A DNA stretch of 64,000 bases from Eledone cirrhosa (taxonomy: Eukaryota): NCBI GenBank assembly GCA_964016885.1, contig OZ024747.1:83142001-83206000 (forward strand), written 5' to 3'. The notes beneath the pieces were generated by a model, which saw nothing but the letters and a program-made list of their open reading frames with translations, made no database searches and was not told where the DNA came from. Position numbers and translations under genes: made by a program. Positions within the stretch are counted from its first letter, which is position 1. Each line of letters starts with the position of its first letter. Shown here one piece after another: positions 51,804 to 64,000 of this stretch.

Positions 51804-53558
51804 AATCAGGTTTACATTTTTCTAATAAGTTGATAAAATGTCTAACCCATCTAACAGCATAGTGAAGTGAGATGCTTAACATTATAAAAAAACAAGTGAC
51901 AATTAGGTGTACTAAAAATGTCTGGATCCAAATATGCATATTCATTCAAACTATGCTTGCATAAAGAACAAAACAAAGGATGTATAAGCAATAAATTAAC
52001 AACAATAACAACTGAAAACCATACAAAGATTTCTTAAAACCACTGTTATCCAAAAATGAAAAAAAAAATTTAATTTAGTTGCCATATGGATTCATTAAAT
52101 TCAATCACTATAAATATTTTTGAATTAGACAGCAAAATGAGATACAGGCTGGAGCAAAGCAGAAATTGTGGAAGAATTCATAGTTTTACTAAGTGAAGCT
52201 GTTTTTAGGTTCCTTTCACCTAGAGCATCCGTCGATCTTTTATTGTCTGTTGTATCACATGTCAAAGTGAATGGTGACAGCAAGCAGTAACAATGGAAAG
52301 GAGTTGACCACCAGATCAGACCAATGTTTCCACTGGTCTTTCCATTGCTGATACAATCTCCCAGTCACAACTCCTTGCAAAATGAAGCAAGATTTGAACT
52401 CAGAATGCACAGAACTGAATAAAACACTGCAAAGCATCCTGTCCTATTCATTAACAATTCTACCAATTCACTGCGCATGGATTGGTGCTTCACTTATCAA
52501 ACCTGAAATTCATCATAACAATACAAGTACCATTGAATTCAACTAAACCATGGAGTTTTCCATGAATTAGAAATCAGAAGTCATAGTGTTCATTCCTATT
52601 TTCCCACAAGCTCTGCATCTGTGTACATATAGATGCGTAGTTCCTGGAGTTGTTGGGGGTGCCATAGCAGCATACAGCTTCTTGGGCACTTGGCAGAGGC
52701 AATTCCCTCTCCAAGTTTGAACACAGCTGACTTTTTTCACACAGGGAGAGGGGGAGAGAAAGGGATATAGAGGAAGAATCGACCCCAGTACTGGACTGGC
52801 ATTTATCAACCCCCAAAGGATGAAAGGCACAGTTGACCTTGGCAGGATTTGAACTCAGAACACAGAGAGCAGGAACAAATACCACAAAGCATTCTCTTCA
52901 ATATTCTAATTCTGCCAATTCGCCACCTTTTACAATCATTACTAACACAAATCAATAAAAGAATTGTTACACCATCAAGACAGACAAAAAGGAGTTTAAA
53001 AAACATTTTTTTACAACACAATTTCTGCAATATTTCAACAAACCTCAGACAACTTCAGCTGTTGCCAATTAAAACTGATTATATTTCCCCTGCCTGATAG
53101 TAATATAGAACAAGCATTCTGACTGATTTGCTTCTGTTAAACCCATTGTGCTTCTCACCCTACCAATGTTGTACTAAATACTTTGCCTAACTCTTTTGAT
53201 ACCAAACTGTCTGAAACTGCCTTTGGTTCTGATACAAAGCTGTTAGTTTTAAAATGTTATATTAATAAAAAAAAACATTATATGTTATGTGAAATATTTT
53301 GTTAAGTTATGTTCCAAACATCAAATAAAATCCCTCTAAATTCTTGATAATTTTCAAAATTATTTAGAAATCGTAAGTGGTGACTTTCATTAGAAATATT
53401 GTACAAAAAGGGTTAATCTATTGTCCACAGAATTACAGCTTTCTGAAAATCCTTACTTGCACTCAAACCACTAATCTGACCTGATAGATATACAAAAATG
53501 AAGCCAATTGCTTGTATTGCTTTAGTAATTGTGTTATTATTTAAACCAACTTGTACAA

Positions 53559-54195
53559 TCTATATATCTAAAACAGAGAATGTCTGTCAGCTCCCTAAAA
53601 CTCGAGAACCACCCAGCTGTTTGTTTTCAAACTTTACACATGTAATACTTATAGTCCTGTGAGTGTTTTGAGAAAAGAATATTTCAAATTTTCAATGCCC
53701 TAGGGACCGCATTAGGCGATCTCTCTCTATAATTCTTAGTCTTTCTTTTTAGATAGATACATAGATATAACGTTGCGCCCTTATAATATGTCTGTATGTC
53801 TGGCTGTCTGCATTACGACATTATGACGTCGCTATATGCGTGTGTGTGTGTATATGTATATATGCGTGCGTGTGTGTATATGTATATATAGTGTGTGTGT
53901 ATATATGTATATATAGTGTGTAACGTTTTTCGAAATATTTACTTCTGCATTCACAGATTGATTTTTTTAGTTTCAGAAGATCCCATTAAGGGTGAAAGCA
54001 GCGATTCTTTGCTTAAACTTTAATCTGTTATTTTAATATATATATATAATTATATATTCGTGTACAGATATTTTTGCATACACAATAAAATATAAACAAA
54101 CGTATTTATTTCACGAGGCTTGATGAGGATAAATATATATCAAATATATAAGAACCCTAGAGCAAATCCCGAGCAACGCCGGGCCATTCTGCTAG
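53559..54195 (+). mobile_element. Non-autonomous Helitron
   Basis: Starts A|TC(TATATAT), ends CTAG|T, GC-rich hairpin CCCGAGCAACGCCGGG at 54168-83 just before the 3' end, no TSD. Confidence 0.75.
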
Positions 54196-55399
54196 TATAT
54201 TATAAAACTGTGTTTAAAAAAAGATTAATTGATAACAGTGTGGCCTCATGTTTTTTGTAAAACATTAGATAGATGTTATCTCAAAAATTCAAAGAGATCA
54301 TTAATTAACTGTACTTAGTCTCTAAATGTAAGTGGGTCTAAAATGTTTGTGAACAATGGCCACTCACAAGCAATTAGACATAAGTCTGGGGTATATTTTC
54401 TACAACATTAATCATTATTTGTGTTAACCCTTTTGATACCAACCTGCCTGGAATATTTCAATTTATCATACAAAACTGCACATTTTTAAACATTTGTTTT
54501 TATATTGATTTTTAATTTAGGTACAATGCCAGCAAATTTTGAGATAAGGGCTATGTCGGTTGAATTAACCCATTTTTTTTACTGGTACTTTATTTTATTG
54601 ACCCCAGAAGGATGTTTATCCTCATATAAAACCTCTCATCATAATTTTATTTTAGCAATTTACCTTAATTAATATTCTAAATATCAACTTACAAATTAAA
54701 AACCTAATATTTGGTTATTTTCAAAATTAATTGACATCCATTAGAAATACAGTAATGAAAGGGTTAAGTTCTCTCTATTCTTTTTTCATCCATCTTTAAG
54801 CCTCAAGATAAAGTTGGTAAGATAAAAACAAATACAATATTTTGATAGTCAAACTTAACCCCTTTGATACCAACCCACTTGAAAAACATGCCTGTTCTCT
54901 GATATAAATTGCCCTTTTTAAAATTTAATACTTATATTAAACCTGTCCATCATAATTTTATGTAAGAACCATTAGATAAGTAATGTTCCAGTCATCTGCT
55001 TACTAATGAAAAACTTTGCTTATTTGACTAAATTACTTTCATTAAAAATATGGTAACAAATGGTTTTACAACATTGGCATCCTCATTATCAATTACATTT
55101 TTCCCCACAATTTTGTTTGTTATTACCTCACTCCAAAGTAGTATCAAGTGTGAACAACATTTATTTTCATCAGCCACCAATCTTATCTTGTCTTGAAGTG
55201 CTGTATCACTCAGAACCAATTTAACTACATACACTATAAACCAGACACATTTTACTACTAAAATCCAAAGCCTTCATTAGGACACATATTTGCTTTGTGT
55301 ACTCCTTCACTATATTTTTGTGTTAACCACAAATTATTCATATGCTCACCAGCCTAAACTGAAGAATAAAATCCCATGGTTAATTTGTTAAGCTCTATC

Positions 55400-55647
55400 T
55401 TAACCCTTGTAACACCAAACTGCCTGAAACCACCCCTGGTTCAACAATACATTTTAAAGTGTTTATATTTGTTTTCTCAACATAATTCTATGTATGAACC
55501 TTCTGATAAGTTATGTTCCAAACACCAACTTAATGAGAACGTTAGTTACATTACTAAATCTTTCCAAATCTTTGATTATTTTAAAAGTTATTTGAAAACC
55601 ATAGGCAGTGTTTCTTTTTTTTAGAAATATGGTAACAAAAGGGTTAA
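55400..55647. mobile_element. TTAA-flanked (piggyBac-like) MITE, representative of an abundant ~250-340-bp family
   Basis: TTAACCCTT...AAGGGTTAA termini. Related copies near 325-566, 1400-1653, 6290-6505, 8478-8670, 53186-53416, 54424-54767 and 62807. Confidence 0.65.
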
Positions 55648-56424
55648 GATGAGGGACCATCTTTTAAATCCTAAATCTCCAAACAGCTAGCCTGAGAATA
55701 AGGACAGGATAGTTACAACTAGAAACTGATAAGTTGAGTACTTCACTAAATGAAACTAACTCTTTAACTCTGTGTCATTGGTTAATTCAGAGTTGAACAA
55801 GGCCACATACTCAATAACAATAATAGCAACAACAACAAGCAAAATTCAACAATAAGTAATCAATAGGAATATCCTTATAAAGACAAAGTAATATTCTTTC
55901 TAAAAAACAAAGCCATTCTAGTCTAATAGAGGTTACTTTATTCCAGATAGAATCTCTGAAAAAAGGTTTCTAATTTAAGCATAAGGCCAGCAATCGCTTT
56001 TTTTTTGGGGGGGGGGGCGATTATAACGACCCCAATGCTTTACTGGTACTTTATTTTATTGACCCCCACCCCTCCACACACACACACACTCCAGAAGGAT
56101 GAAAGGCAAAGTTGACCTCAACGGGATTTGAACACAGAACGTAAAGTGCCAGAACAAATATTGCAAAGCTCCCTATAATGTGAGCATAAGAATAGAAAAT
56201 GTGTGTGTGTGTGTAGAAAGAGAGAGAGAGAGAGAGAGATGATAAAATTGGCTTGTAGCTTTATAGGTATAAAAATAACAACAAACATTTATTGATGGAA
56301 TGACTCCATACCAGTAGCAGGGTTATATATATATATATATATATATATAAATATTTTCTGGTTCATGTTAATCAACACAAAATGTACGTGCCTCGTTTGG
56401 CGCCGTTGTAGTAACTGGCCTTAA

Positions 56425-56461
<37 letters not shown>

Positions 56462-57934
56462 TTCCATTAAACTCATTTAAGAGGGGAAGTGGTAAAAGTA
56501 TATCTTAAAACATCAAAATATGATTCCTTAAGTAGCAATATTGACACTAAAAACACAAAGATCCATTAATTACTTTTATCTAAGTTATAGTCATAAAAAG
56601 GGCTGAATTAAAGCAACTAGGGGTCTTGAGCTAGAAAACATTTACAGACCCTAACATCTACTCACAAGAAGCCTAATGAAAATTAAAAGTACATACATGA
56701 TGCTTAGATTCAAGTATCATTCCATGATGACCTTTCAAATAAAGGTGACACCCAAAGAAAAGAAAATGTATTTAATAACAATTATAATATTGTAATTGCT
56801 TGATGAAGATATGTTTCATAACTATATTTTAAGATATATTTAGGAAGGGGCCAATTCCCTGGACTATGAGACCTTGCGCTGCAGCCCATTTTTTTCTTTT
56901 TCTTTTTGCTACAAACCAGCAACTCCTGATGGAGTTGTAATGGCGCCATAGCAATATACAATGTCTTGGGCATTTTAAACTTCATAGAGGTCTGAACATA
57001 AATGATTTCTTCCAGAAACTGAGTGATAGAGTGGAAGTGAGAAAGAGATATAGAGGAAGAATCAACCCTAGTACTGAACTGGTACTTTTTGTCACCGACC
57101 TCAAAAGGATGAAAGCAAAGTTGTCATTAGTGGGTTTTGAACCCAGTTTAGAGAGCCAGAACAAATACTGTAAAGTATTCTAGTTAAATTCTAACAATTC
57201 TGCCAAGTTGCCACCATCCCACATCACTCATGTAACCAACAGTCAGATGTGAAGCAACTAAATTTCTACATTTTCTATAAAGCAGAATTATGAGTAATCC
57301 TTTAAACAAAACATAACACAATGTGACCCCAGCCTGGCAGTGACATAGACTAAGACTAATACACACTACATTAGGAAGTAGGAAATTAAATCCACAATAC
57401 CTCCCAGATTATAAATTATTTACATTCTTCTTCTTATTATTGAAAAATTGAAATTTAAGAAAGAAAATAGATAAAAATATACGAGTCAGCAGTTAAATTC
57501 TCTTCAACATAACAAAAGGAAGGATGAATGTGTGTGTGTGTGTGTATATATGTAATAAGAGCTATACTGCTTTATATATATCAGCAGGGTATCAGTTTAT
57601 TTGATCAAGAATCAACAGTTCCCAATCTATCATCAACCATTAGACTAAGCAGTGCACAAAAACCAAGGGAGTTAACTCTCAATGACCTAAGTAAACATGT
57701 AAATGTTCTATATAGAACATTTTTCATTGATGCAAACAGCATAAATAAAATGTTATAAAATGTTACAGCTTACCCCTATGTAGGTTTAGCTGGCCTCATA
57801 CGAGGTTGCGTCTCATAAGGGATTTCTCATGTGTTTTAATGATAAGGACCCCAATCCTATCATGAAAAAACCTCAGGACCCTCCTGGACTGGAGGCAAAG
57901 GATTAATCCCCAGCCACTACTGATATTCGTCTTT

Positions 57935-58066
57935 TCCAGCTGAGAAGACTGGAGTAATGTGAAATGAAGTATCTTGCTCAAGGACATAAAACGCTTCTCA
58001 GTCCAGAAATCGAACCCAGAACCTTATGATCAAAAGTCCAACAACCTAACCACTAGTCTACATACC
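57935..58066 (-). mobile_element. CORE-like tRNA SINE copy
   Basis: Reverse complement of head+core (CTTGCTCAAGGAC...ATCGAACCC...CCTAACCACTAG). Confidence 0.75.
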
Positions 58067-58300
58067 TTCACATCAACATGTAATACTGTATAACTGGTTA
58101 GTGTTATGGAGGTCAAAGTCTTCCAACTAGGAAGGGGTTAACATAGAAAGGTGGTCAGCTGTGTCATAGTGATTTAACAAACTAATTCAATTATGTATGT
58201 CTATGTGTATCTATGTGTGTGTGTGGGAGGAGAGCTTTCTTTTAGATGTGTTATTAAAGATCAACATAGTAATGTCTTTAATAACACACACACACACACA

Positions 58301-58461
58301 CATCATCATCATCGTTTAACGTCCGTGTTCCACGCTTGCATGGGTTTGGACGGGGGTTTTCCCACTTGAGGCAAGAGTGATTGTCTTGCTCGCATAGGAC
58401 TGTCTGGCGGGTTTTCTACAGCTGGATGCCCTTCCTAACACCAACCACATTTACAGTGTGG
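58301..58461 (-). mobile_element. Third, very short 3' fragment of the same RTE
   Basis: Matches the 3'-terminal ~160 bp of the two longer copies, then runs into (TA)n. Confidence 0.88.
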
Positions 58462-58462
58462 A

Positions 58463-58502
<40 letters not shown>

Positions 58503-59262
58503 TTATACAAACATATATATATACACATATTTATATATACACACAAATATATATATATTATATATTACTGGCTGTATTCCTCCTACCACATCTATACTGG
58601 ACCCTTTTATTAGCAGAAGTCATCATTATATTTTTTTTTCTTTTCACACGTAATGCAACAAAGCAACTGTTCCCATGTAAAAAAAGAAAGTAAGAATGTT
58701 ATAAATAAACTTAAAATAATTATTTAGTCCTGAGTTTACAATAGCTATACACTTAAAAATCGTTAACGTCCTGTACCACGTAAAACCGCATTAGCAAGAC
58801 ATTATTGAAAAGTACAAAACAGCTTTATGATTGTATTACATTAAAAATTTAAGTTTTTACTCTAATAATGCACATTTTTACAATGATCTGTCCACTATTA
58901 AAGATACTATAAAAATGTGAATTAACAAACCTGTTTTTTTTTTATATTTTCTGCCAAATCATTACAGAAAATTAAGAGTTAAGGTTTAAAAAAAGAAAAT
59001 TGTTTGCTAAATATATTAAAATATGTAAAACCAAATACCCAATACAAAACAAAACATTTTGTTGCTAAAAAATTTCAGTTGTGATAATATAAAACAGTTA
59101 CATGAGACAAGCTAAGACAGATTTTGGAGGTTTAAAGATATAATACGAAAAAGAAAGAATATCCAGATAACTTTTTAGATATTTAGAAGTGAATTGTAAA
59201 CGTGTGGAAGGTTAATAGAATACCACTTGGAACAGAGACTGAGGTATACTCAACCAAATCTG

Positions 59263-59578
59263 CTGGGTCACCTGTATGAGGAAATATGCTGTAAGACCTT
59301 CTGAAACACCTGGTGACTCCAGTATACAACATAGATGATGTGTTAAAGTATAAGTATGTAACACCTGGATGAGGCTTGTAAGACTTGAAACACCCAGTGA
59401 CTTCAGGATATAACACTGATGACGTGCATTTGCACCTGTAGTTGGGTCACCTGGATAAAGGTGTATGATACTAAACCCAAAACACCCAGTGATTCCAAGA
59501 TATGACACTGATCATGTATGTGACTATGTGCGATGTTGTAAGACACAAAAAGACCCAGTGACCCCATATCCAACCATG
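59263..59578. repeat. Diverged tandem array of four ~70-92-bp units, three with an internal hairpin
   Basis: Anchor AAA(C/G)ACC(CA/TG)GTGA(C/T) at ~59304, 59388, 59480 and 59549. Upstream partner (GGGT)CACCTG at ~59265, 59362 and 59444. Confidence 0.8.
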
Positions 59579-59965
59579 TATGTGTATCTGTAGGTGTATT
59601 ATATGGAAAACTGAAATAATTTTCTCTTCCTTGCCTATTTTTTTTTTCTTTCTTTTCACTGAGATAAATATAAACAATAACAAAAACAATACAAACAATA
59701 ATAATGGAACAGCAGTGTTTTTTAGACTGCGCTAATGTTAGTTTCGATGGCATAAAGAATTGATAATGTGCTTTAGATCTGTATTTGTATGTTCATGTAT
59801 GTATGTGTATGTATGATTGTGTATGTATGGTCATGTACGCAAGTGTGTGTGTATAATGGCATATATACATGCAAATTACACACACAAATTACACATACAT
59901 CTCTGCTAGCAGGAAAACATGAATGTTAAATGACGATGATGATAATGATATATACACAAACATGA

Positions 59966-60032
<67 letters not shown>

Positions 60033-61258
60033 GATACATATATATCCATACATACATACACACATATACATACATTACATGTACATATATATACATACAT
60101 AGATTATATATATATATATATATATATACAATCACCATCACCAGTGTTTAATATCCATTTTCCATGCTTGCATCTCAGTAGTTTACAGTTTTAGTTTAGT
60201 CAGGACAAAAAGAATTTCATGGGATGTGAATTCATTATAAAATAAAATATAAAAATACACACACACATGTATGCACACATGCACACACATATATACACCT
60301 ATACATACACACACACATATATATATATGTATATATATATATACACACACACATACATACAAATACATGCACAGCCACACACACAAATACACACTCATTG
60401 GCAGACAATCACACAGGTTGACACATGCACAGGCAGAGACATACACATGCAGACACACACACACATGTAGACAGAGAAACAAAAAAGGATTGTAAAAAAA
60501 AAATTCTAAAAATAGTTTTTAAAAATACCAAAATATGGGAAAACAAGGAAATAATATTTAAAAAAAGATGATATTTGAGAAATTTAAGCTACTTCATTTA
60601 GAGATTCTCTTAGTCAGCAGCTTTCAAACTGGTTCCTGAAACCAAGTGCTTTGTTTGCCTGTTTGTCAACCTCACTTCCCACCCTCACTATACCCCAACC
60701 CCATGCTTACCCTACCCCCTCTTCTTTTTTTTCTTTATTTTTCTTTTCATTTGTGTTCACAGAGAATTCAAGATTCCAAATGCAGATCCATTTTTTTTTT
60801 AATTTAGAACTTTGAGGAAAGCAAGAGTAACAATATATGTTGCTAAAAAAATTTTTTTGGCAAAAAATAAATAAAATAAAAATAATTAATTAATAAAATA
60901 TTTAAAAAAAATAAAATTTGATATTATTGGAGAAATAAAAATAAAAATAAAAATAAACTAAAAAAATAAAATATTTAAATGGTGCCACAGCATGGCTACA
61001 GCCCAAAGGGCTGGAATGGGTAAAAAAAGTAAAAGACTTAAAACGAAATAAAGAGAAATTGGTCGTGCTTCTTTATATTTACACACACACACACCTATTT
61101 AACTGATAATGCAGTGTGAGTGTGCCTGTGTGTTTAGTTTCATTACGAAGCATGAATTTTAATGAGTAATATGTTTGACCATACGACACTCACACACACA
61201 AATATATATACATAAATACAAGTATATATATATATAAAATACACATATAAACATATAT

Positions 61259-61297
<39 letters not shown>

Positions 61298-61337
61298 GGA
61301 TTTGTATATTTTATATATATATACTCATATATTATAA

Positions 61338-61531
61338 TTTGTTTGTATAGGTTGGTGAGTGTCTAGTTATGTATGTGAGTGTCTAGTTATGTATGTGAGT
61401 GTCTAGTTATGTATGTGAGTGTGTGCATTTATGTTTGTATAGGTTGGTGAGTGTCTAGTTATGTATGTGAGTGTCTAGTTATGTATGTGAGTGTCTAGTT
61501 ATGTATGTGAGTGTGTGCATTTATGTTTGTT
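61338..61531. repeat. 20-bp minisatellite (GTGAGTGTCTAGTTATGTAT) inside a ~93-bp higher-order duplication
   Basis: Three 20-mers + GTGTGTGCATTTATGTTTGT, with the whole block present twice. Confidence 0.9.
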
Positions 61532-64000
61532 TTTTCATGTGAAAGAAGTGTCCTTGATATACTATTGAGAAACTGATTAGCAGAGGTGTATGGGCTAGTT
61601 AAAATACATGTGTGCGTGTGCGTGTGTGTGTGTTATAAGACATATGGGCCCTATGCTCAAGCTTAAGCCATTTTGACGGCTATGTGTGTGTTTGTGTGTG
61701 TATTTGTGGAAACAGATATCCATACCATATTGACAAATGGTTGAAAGTATAACAACAGTGGGCTTTGTTCATTGTTTTGTGTGAGATGTTGGTGTTGAAA
61801 CACAAAACCAATGAACATCTCTAGACACTATCATTCATTTACTTACAAGGTTGCCACTGAATATGAATGACAGTGAAAATTACAACATGGAGCTATATGA
61901 AATCTGTGGCACGAGCTTGATAGCATAGTTACTACGTTTACAGAGAGAGAGGGAGAGAGAGAGAGAGAGAGATAAATGCAGAAACACACCCACATTCACA
62001 CTACTGCACATAAATTTTGATATGTGATGATCAAGATTAGCTGCCAGACTAGCTAATAGGCAGACTGACCAAATGATGTGGTAAGAGATGGGAAAAAAAA
62101 AGATGGGAGAAGGGGTTCAAGAGGCACAACCCTATTGTGTAAGACAAGGGAGGGGAGATTCTTTTCTTTTAGTATTACTGCTGCTTTTTTTAAATTTTTT
62201 TTATTTTTTTTACAATGGTGATTATAGAGAGGGTGGGAGGGAGTTTGGGGGGGGAGATAGAGTACTGAAAACATGTACAACAATCAGAGTTCAAAGAAAC
62301 AAGTATAGGAAAACAATGTTTCCTTAATAAGGTTTCCTATGTTTCCAATGTTAGATTGGAGGAAACAATAATAAATGGGTCTCTGTGAATTGTTTAATTT
62401 ATCCGATTTCTTTCGCGTTCTTTGTGATTTTTACCCATCTTGTTTTGTTTTTTGTTTTTCTGTATTTTTTTTACATTTTCCTTCTTGCTTGCTTTTGTTT
62501 GTTTTCTTTTGCTGTTACAGTTCACATTTTCTTTTTTTTTTAATGAAAGAGAAAAAAATGATATCTCAAAGATTTCACCTCCTCCTTCAGTTTAAAAAAA
62601 AATGAATAACATAACACACACTTTCGTTTGAGAACGACTGAAAGTGTTTTTTTTTCAGACCACAGCAGTGTTTGTGTAGGGACTATTCCCTGCAGTAGGG
62701 CACACAGTAAGCAGTATAAGTTAGGTTTTTTTTATTCACATTCGAGATCCTTTCTGTTGTAACACCTGAAAAACAAAAATAAATAAATGATTTTTAAAAC
62801 ATATATTAACCCCTTTTGCTACCAACCCACCTGAAACTGGCCCTTGTTTTAGGATTCAAAAATGCTCCTTTTAAAATGTTTATACCCATATTAAAACCTT
62901 TGATACTAACTCACTGTGTCTAATTTTGTGACACATTTAAAGTATTTATACTTATGTTAAAACATTCCATCATAATTTTATTTACGAACATTTTGTTAAG
63001 ATATGTTTAAAAAATCAGCTTAATAGTTAGTTATTTTATGAAATCCTCCAAATTCTTGAATATTTTCTAAAATTTAACTTTCCTTGTGTCCATATCAATT
63101 CTCATTTCATAGAAAACTGTTTGATATTACATTAATATAGCTCTAAGCTAGCATACCAGTCATGTAGCTTTACTGAAATGTAATTCTGATATTTTCTATC
63201 AAGTCTGGGCTTGAAAGAGACACGGGAAGCTCTTGCTCAGTAATAGTGGTTGTAATCTTCTCTTCCAGTATTAAAAAACACTCCTAAACTAAAGAATCTA
63301 AAGAAATAGGACAATGCTCACACTATGATTATTTTAGGAACTAGCAGCTAAAAGGAATATGTATTAACAATGTAGCCATGGCCACTTTTTTTATGGCTGA
63401 AACAAATCAGGAAATGTATGTTATCACTTTTGATACAAACTCGCCCAAAACCAACACTAGTTCTATGAAACAAAACCACCCATTATAAAGGGTTCTTATT
63501 TAACTCTTTAGCATTTACATTGCTCTATATTTACTATTGTATTTTCATGGTAAACGCTTTATTTCCCATAATTATCTCACATAATATTGAATCTATGAGA
63601 TTTTGATGATATTCATTTTGAGAACAATACCTTAACATCAGTATGAGCAGCTGGTTATGGCCAATTTCAATCTAATGTTTAAAAACTTTAATTTTGGAAT
63701 GGAAGATGTTGGTGCCATAAAATGCACCTAGTACACTCTTGGAAGTGATAGCATTGGTGCCAAAATAAAATGTGTTCAGTACACTCTATAAAGCAGTAGT
63801 GCTGGTATCACAATAAAATGTAGCCACTATACTCTGTGAAGTTGTAAGCCATTCAGCTATAGAAAGAATGGCATGTTAAAAATGGAACATGAGCAAGACT
63901 TTCACCGACCCAACTAGTCTCAAATTGTGACAACCCATTCAACCCATGCCAGCACGGAAAACATGCAAAATAATTATGAAAATGATTTGTGATTTAAACC

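Noticed and set aside
59183-59753. Overlapping - strand ORFs with a repeated C.IL.S.GV peptide
   Set aside because: The repeat units shift between frames and no splice sites or homology support coding. Treated as a nucleotide-level repeat.

Overview
AT-rich eukaryotic (metazoan) genomic DNA. The (TA)n/(CA)n microsatellite load and the SINE/RTE families suggest an octopus or other coleoid cephalopod (inference). The + strand carries the last 16 coding exons (6964-37204) of a UBAP2/UBAP2L (Drosophila lingerer-like) stress-granule gene. All introns are GT-AG and phase-consistent, giving 2622 nt = 873 aa + stop; the 5' exons lie upstream of the window. A microsatellite-rich 3' UTR follows. The rest is introns and intergenic DNA filled with tRNA-derived SINEs, RTE, R4-like, CR1/Jockey-like and Penelope remnants, two non-autonomous Helitrons, TTAA-type MITEs and a foldback element. 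From about 47 kb onward, base skew and repeat orientation flip, suggesting a convergent - strand transcription unit that I cannot identify. The best unexplained signals are a ~515-nt imperfect fold-back in the last UBAP2 intron, a diverged 4-unit hairpin array at 59.3-59.6 kb, candidate alternative exons of UBAP2, and several mechanistically informative retrotransposon insertions. I found no clearly new multi-gene system; most ORFs in the supplied track are spurious.
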